Of a stretch of 64,000 nt of DNA, positions 59,852-64,000 are shown in pieces (the stretch's first letter is position 1; each line of letters opens with the position of its first letter). This DNA is from an uncultured Gammaproteobacteria bacterium. GTDB taxonomy: Bacteria > Patescibacteriota > Microgenomatia > UBA12405. Where the stretch lies: NCBI GenBank assembly GCA_964538765.1, contig CAZIHS010000003.1, positions 631-64,630 on the forward strand, read 5' to 3'. The notes beneath the pieces are model-generated. The model searched no databases. It was not told where the DNA came from and saw nothing but the letters and a program-made list of their open reading frames with translations. Position numbers and translations under genes: made by a program.

Positions 59852-60010
59852 TTCCTTCAAATCTTCCAAATTCCCTATCATAGGTAACTGTTTAATACGT
59901 TACTTTTTTAAGAAGTTCTTCCGGGAAGTAACCCAGCTTCCTGCTTAAAATCGAAATTGTGTATGCCGTAAAACGATCGTATCATAATTCTCACAATTCT
60001 ATGGTATATT

Positions 60011-60019
60011 TGTTATAAT
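60011..60019 (+). promoter_or_regulatory. extended -10 promoter element TGtTATAAT 7 nt upstream of the rpmE ATG (leaderless arrangement)
   Basis: tgttataat-tacccct-ATG. Confidence 0.5.
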
Positions 60020-60026
60020 TACCCCT

Positions 60027-60314
60027 ATGAAACCATCGATTCATCCAAAATATTATTCCGATTGTGCCGTTAGTTGCGCCTGTGGCCACCAGTTTACCAC
60101 CGGTTCAACTCTTCCCAAAATCGAGGTGGAAGTTTGTTCCCACTGCCACCCCTTCTTTACCGGCCAGCAAAAATTTGTTGACACCAAAGGCCGCATTGAA
60201 AAATTCCGTGACAAAGTCACCCGCGGCAAAAGCTACCTTTCCCAAAAAACAGCCAAAACCTCCAAAAAGATCTCTCTAAAGGCAAAAAAGAAGAGTCGAA
60301 ATGCCCAATCTTAA
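60027..60314 (+). CDS. rpmE: 50S ribosomal protein L31 (Zn-ribbon type) with Lys-rich C-terminal extension
   Basis: [12 protein letters not shown]...F......VEVCS.CHPFFTG is the L31 signature. Confidence 0.9.
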   Translation: MKPSIHPKYYSDCAVSCACGHQFTTGSTLPKIEVEVCSHCHPFFTGQQKFVDTKGRIEKFRDKVTRGKSYLSQKTAKTSKKISLKAKKKSRNAQS

Positions 60315-61008
60315 CCCCGACATTGCCATTCTCGAGTTTCGACCCGGCCCCGGCGGGGAAGAATCGCAAATTTGGCTTCAAGACCTCCTCAAGATGTATT
60401 CCCGCTATGCCAACCGGGTTGGCTGGAAAGTTTCACAAATAGACGACAACATAATCAAGATTAGTGGCCATGACGCCTATAACCAGCTTAAGTTTGAAAC
60501 CGGTACCCACCGCGTCCAGCGCATCCCCGTTACCGAAAAACGGGGCCGAATCCACACCTCGACCGCCGCCGTCGTCGTTTTGCCTCAAATTGACTCACTC
60601 AGTCAAACTTTCCGCCCCGAAGATTTGGAAATAACCGCCACCCGGGCCGGCGGCCATGGGGGCCAAAACGTCAATAAAGTCAGCACCGCCATCCGCCTGG
60701 TCCACCGGCCCACCGGCATTACCATCTCAGTTCGCCAGGAAAGGTCTCAACAGCAAAACCGAGAAATCGCTCTTCAAATACTTCAGGCCAAACTGTGGCA
60801 AATCGAGGAAGAGAAACGTTCCAGCCAACTTGACTCAACCCGATCCTCAATCGGTCAGGCTCTCCGCGCCGATAAAATCCGCACCTACAACTATGCCAGA
60901 AATCAGGTTAAAGACCACCGGATCGGAAAAGACTTCAACCTCGACAAAATCATCAACGGCGACCTCACCGACCTACTGCTCGAGCTGTCAGTCCTCGACC
61001 AAAAATAA
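60301..61008 (+). CDS. prfA: peptide chain release factor 1-like, lacking N-terminal domain 1 (235 aa)
   Basis: PVT (PxT) tripeptide in [20 protein letters not shown] in [19 protein letters not shown]. Aligns to RF1 from about residue 115 onward. Adjacent to rpmE as in many genomes. Confidence 0.8.
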   Translation: MPNLNPDIAILEFRPGPGGEESQIWLQDLLKMYSRYANRVGWKVSQIDDNIIKISGHDAYNQLKFETGTHRVQRIPVTEKRGRIHTSTAAVVVLPQIDSLSQTFRPEDLEITATRAGGHGGQNVNKVSTAIRLVHRPTGITISVRQERSQQQNREIALQILQAKLWQIEEEKRSSQLDSTRSSIGQALRADKIRTYNYARNQVKDHRIGKDFNLDKIINGDLTDLLLELSVLDQK

Positions 61009-61010
61009 GT

Positions 61011-62210
61011 CTACTTCCTCTTCTCCAGCTTAACTTTAACTTCCCCTGCCTTACCGTCTCGCCAGTATTTAACCACCACCGTATCCCCAATTTTCTTATT
61101 ATTTATAAGAGAAGACAAAGTAGTACTGCTTTCATCATTTAATTTCTTCCCTTCAATTTCAACTATAATGTCTTCCGCCTTTATCCCCGCCTTTTCCGCC
61201 GGGCTTCCTTCAACTACTTCCTGAACATAGGCTCCCACCGGCACCTCGTTTAAAAGTGCCGCCTGTTTAGAAATCATCCGATAGGCTACCCCCAAATACG
61301 GACGGTCAAACTCGCCGGTAGTTTTAAAATTATCAATCGACTCTTTTACTAAATTTATCGGCAGTGCAAACCCCACATTTTGCCCCTGTTGCGACACCGC
61401 CACATTCACCCCAATTACTTCGCCGCTGGAGTTAAGCAAGGGACCTCCCGAGTTACCAGGATTTATGGCCGCATCCGTCTGAATAACGTTGTCAAGTTTT
61501 TCCGAACCTTCAAGCGGTGAACCGGCCACAATTCCCCTGCCCAACCCGGATATCACCCCGGTAGTCACCGTCGACCTAAACTCACCTAAAGCCGTTCCAA
61601 TTGCAATCACCGTCTGCCCAACTTTCAAGCGGTTTGAATCTCCCAAAACCAAAGTCGGCAAATCTTTTTTGTCAACTTTTAAAATCGCCAGATCGGTTAC
61701 CGGGTCTCGGTAAATCTGCTTCACCTCAACCACCTCATCCTTGCCAATTACCACCTTGTACTTTGCTTCGGTATCAGCCACCACATGTTTGTTTGTAACC
61801 ACCAGCCCGTCGGCGCCAATTATAAACCCGGTGCCGATATCCTGTTCAACCTTTTGCTCTTGCCCCGGTTGACCCCGTCTTGGCACACCAAAAAACTGGC
61901 TAAAAAAATCGTTTCCAAAAAACATATCGATGTTGCCCAAATTTCTTGTCTTACTAATCGATACTGTCACCACCCCCGGCGTTGCCTTTTCCACCACCCT
62001 GGTCGCCACCGACTCCTGATCAACCACCTCGCGGCTCACCCTGCTGTCAACTGCCTTGTCGGCGCTGCCTACACTTCTTGGAATATATTTATCCAAAAAT
62101 TTAATACCCGATATCCGGTCAAAAACAGCCCCGGTAAAAAGTGATCCCATCACCATCATTCCCACCAATAATCCAACCACAAAATTGCTTTTATTATTAT
62201 TTTCTTTCAT
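61011..62210 (-). CDS. HtrA/DegP-family serine protease (trypsin domain + PDZ)
   Basis: N-terminal TM. Catalytic triad region ..TNKHVV.., D.., GNSGGPLL. C-terminal PDZ. Confidence 0.9.
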   Translation of the reverse strand: MKENNNKSNFVVGLLVGMMVMGSLFTGAVFDRISGIKFLDKYIPRSVGSADKAVDSRVSREVVDQESVATRVVEKATPGVVTVSISKTRNLGNIDMFFGNDFFSQFFGVPRRGQPGQEQKVEQDIGTGFIIGADGLVVTNKHVVADTEAKYKVVIGKDEVVEVKQIYRDPVTDLAILKVDKKDLPTLVLGDSNRLKVGQTVIAIGTALGEFRSTVTTGVISGLGRGIVAGSPLEGSEKLDNVIQTDAAINPGNSGGPLLNSSGEVIGVNVAVSQQGQNVGFALPINLVKESIDNFKTTGEFDRPYLGVAYRMISKQAALLNEVPVGAYVQEVVEGSPAEKAGIKAEDIIVEIEGKKLNDESSTTLSSLINNKKIGDTVVVKYWRDGKAGEVKVKLEKRK

Positions 62211-62237
62211 ATCAAAATTATAATAAAAAAACTGAAA

Positions 62238-63473
62238 TTATTCTGAAATCACCACCAGGGCCTTGTCAAGCTGCTCATCTTCTTTGGTTGCGCCATTATC
62301 TTTCACCAATACATCAGGCTCAACTCCCTCTTTGTGAATATTTTTCCCGTTTGGCAGCAGCCATCTGGCAATTGTCACATGCAATCCGGAACCATCGGGA
62401 TAATCTTGAGGCTGCTGAACTGTTCCTTTGCCAAACGTTTTCTCTCCCACCAGTTTGGCCCGGTTGTAATCTTTCAGCGCCCCGGCTAAAATCTCTGCCG
62501 CCGAAGCCGAACCTCCGTTAACTAAAACAACCAGTTTTTCTTTTAAAAGCTGTCTGCGGCTGCTGTCCACCTGGTACGTTTCCACCTTGCCGTCTGAAGT
62601 TTCCTGTTTAACCACCACTCCGGAGTTGATAAAATCAGACGCCACCAGCACCGATGCCTGCAAAAACCCGCCCGGGTTATTCCTAAGATCCAATATTATT
62701 CCTCCCAAGGCTCCCCTGCTTTCTTCATCTTTAATTTTTTTAACCATTTCCGGCCATTCTTTATAAACCTGCTCAGAAAACTTATACAACTTCACCCAGG
62801 CGATTTTCTTCTGTCCGCTACCTTTCCACTCAAGCTCTAAACTCGACACCACAATATTCTCCCTCACCAACGCAACTTCAAACGGTTCCTTTTCACCCTC
62901 CCTGTATATTTTCAGGCTCACTTCAGTCCCCACCTTTCCTCTTATCAAATCCACCGCTTCGTCTAAAGCCATTCCGTTGGTATCTTTATCAACCTTTTTT
63001 TCTTTATCAACTATTTTTAAAATTAAATCTCCCGCCTTCAATCCGCTCCTGTCCGCCGGTGTTTTCGCCAAAGGCGACATTATCGCCAGGTTACGGTCTT
63101 TATACCCCAATGATATTCCTACCCCCCCAAACTCACCCGCCAGGTCCTCATTCGAGTTTTTATTTTCCTTGGGCGGTAAAAACACCGTGTAAGGATCCCC
63201 CAGCGAAGCCACCAAACCCGAAATGGCCCCATAAGCCATATCCTTATCCTTAATTTTATCCTTATCCAAATAATATTTTTCCAAATTTGCCTTAACTTTC
63301 CACATCAAAGACAAATCAAGCGGAGCCTTCTCATTTCCAGCCACCCCAACGCTGTCATCCGACCACCTTTGGCCCAATCTGAAACTGACCAAACAAAACA
63401 CCGATAATACCGCCAAACCAACAACCAAGTTTCGCCATTTTTTCAAACTCATATCATACAATAAACTAATCAC
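62238..63473 (-). CDS. carboxyl-terminal processing (S41, tail-specific) protease
   Basis: PDZ then GGIILDLRNNPGGFL and catalytic Ser/Lys region ..GGSASAAEI.. Confidence 0.85.
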   Translation of the reverse strand: MISLLYDMSLKKWRNLVVGLAVLSVFCLVSFRLGQRWSDDSVGVAGNEKAPLDLSLMWKVKANLEKYYLDKDKIKDKDMAYGAISGLVASLGDPYTVFLPPKENKNSNEDLAGEFGGVGISLGYKDRNLAIMSPLAKTPADRSGLKAGDLILKIVDKEKKVDKDTNGMALDEAVDLIRGKVGTEVSLKIYREGEKEPFEVALVRENIVVSSLELEWKGSGQKKIAWVKLYKFSEQVYKEWPEMVKKIKDEESRGALGGIILDLRNNPGGFLQASVLVASDFINSGVVVKQETSDGKVETYQVDSSRRQLLKEKLVVLVNGGSASAAEILAGALKDYNRAKLVGEKTFGKGTVQQPQDYPDGSGLHVTIARWLLPNGKNIHKEGVEPDVLVKDNGATKEDEQLDKALVVISE

Positions 63474-63503
63474 CGCCCCATATCAACCTCTTAAAAAGAG
63501 ACC

Positions 63504-63740
63504 TTACTGGGATGTCACAAACGGCAACAAACCCAAATGTCTTGCCTGTTTAATTGCCACCGCCAATCTCTTCTGGTGCCTTTTACAAAGACCGGTTACC
63601 ATCGTCGATTTTATTCTTGATCGGTGACTTAGATATTCAAAAAGCTTGGAATAATCCTTCCAGCCATAATCCAAAGAGGATTTACACCAAGAGCAAAACT
63701 TGGGTTTGTTAATTCTTACTTTCCGTTTTTTTTCACTCAT
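63504..63740 (-). CDS. rpsR: 30S ribosomal protein S18
   Basis: ..FCSWCK...DYKD..L..YLS.R.RI......GLC.RHQ..LA.AIK.AR.LGLLP is the S18 signature. Confidence 0.85.
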   Translation of the reverse strand: MSEKKRKVRINKPKFCSWCKSSLDYGWKDYSKLFEYLSHRSRIKSTMVTGLCKRHQKRLAVAIKQARHLGLLPFVTSQ

Positions 63741-63749
63741 AAGAAAAGA

Positions 63750-64000
63750 TTAAAAAGGCATTTCTTCTTTCTTCTGTTCATCGACTGGTGGAACTTCCTC
63801 AAACTGGTCAGGAATCACCACATCCTCAATCTCTCCTGGTTGAGTCTCAATATCAGTTTCTGCCGCCGCCGGTGAGACCTCGTTCATATTATTTTGGTTC
63901 GGCACGCCTTTGTTGTCCAAAACCATCATATCATCAATTACAATTTCGGCCACCTGCTTTTTAATTCCCTGACTGTCAACAAACTCACGGTATTGCAACC
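63750..64000 (-). CDS. ssb: single-stranded DNA-binding protein (N-terminus lies beyond window end)
   Basis: Acidic C-terminal tail ending ..EEMPF (SSB tip motif). ORF open to the window edge. ssb-rpsR order. Confidence 0.7.
   Translation of the reverse strand, partial: LQYREFVDSQGIKKQVAEIVIDDMMVLDNKGVPNQNNMNEVSPAAAETDIETQPGEIEDVVIPDQFEEVPPVDEQKKEEMPF

Overview
The window is a gene-dense bacterial chromosome segment using the standard code (TGA terminates several genes). Codons are C-rich at third positions. Translation, replication and envelope housekeeping genes are interleaved with one very large accessory locus. From the 5' end: the canonical thrS-infC-rpmI-rplT-pheS-pheT operon, with a candidate Phe-leader attenuator in front of pheS; a class A penicillin-binding protein (PBP1A-like); recG; and rpmF-nusB-rnc-rpsP plus a KH-domain gene. 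Next, about 18 kb on the minus strand (12942-31175) is a single type IV pilus supercluster, pilB-pilT-pilC-major pilin-pilD, then 8 prepilin-like paralogs, an uncharacterised block including a 1479-aa Cys-rich PT-repeat surface protein, and finally pilX-like-pilM-pilN-pilO-like. Beyond it lie holB, a Fic-domain protein, ligA, and pth. A tRNA-Ala(CGC) overlaps the pth stop codon and is followed by a low-GC islet with a GIY-YIG nuclease and a HAD-like gene. A MacAB-like ABC exporter follows, then a membrane/HEPN-like gene pair, ferredoxin, a SpoU methyltransferase and gyrB-gyrA. A XerD-like recombinase is followed by a 600-nt AT-rich noncoding region containing a DnaA box and palindromic/iterated repeats. 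The remainder is yebC, rluA-family, lspA, dksA-like, tRNA-Leu(CAA), dnaB and several secreted hypotheticals. A C39-peptidase-like fragment and an ORF-poor region precede tRNA-His(GTG), which sits directly upstream of hisS. The window ends with rpmE, a domain-1-less RF1, htrA, an S41 protease, rpsR and a truncated ssb. Many core proteins are shortened (RF1 without domain 1, 604-aa pheT, 212-aa holB) and the pilin repertoire is expanded. Together with the promoter pattern below, this suggests by inference a reduced-genome, possibly episymbiotic (CPR/Patescibacteria-like) bacterium. A recurring pattern is a consensus -10 box (often TGnTATAAT) 5-9 nt upstream of start codons, which implies leaderless mRNAs. 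No CRISPR array, rRNA or recognisable transposase was seen.
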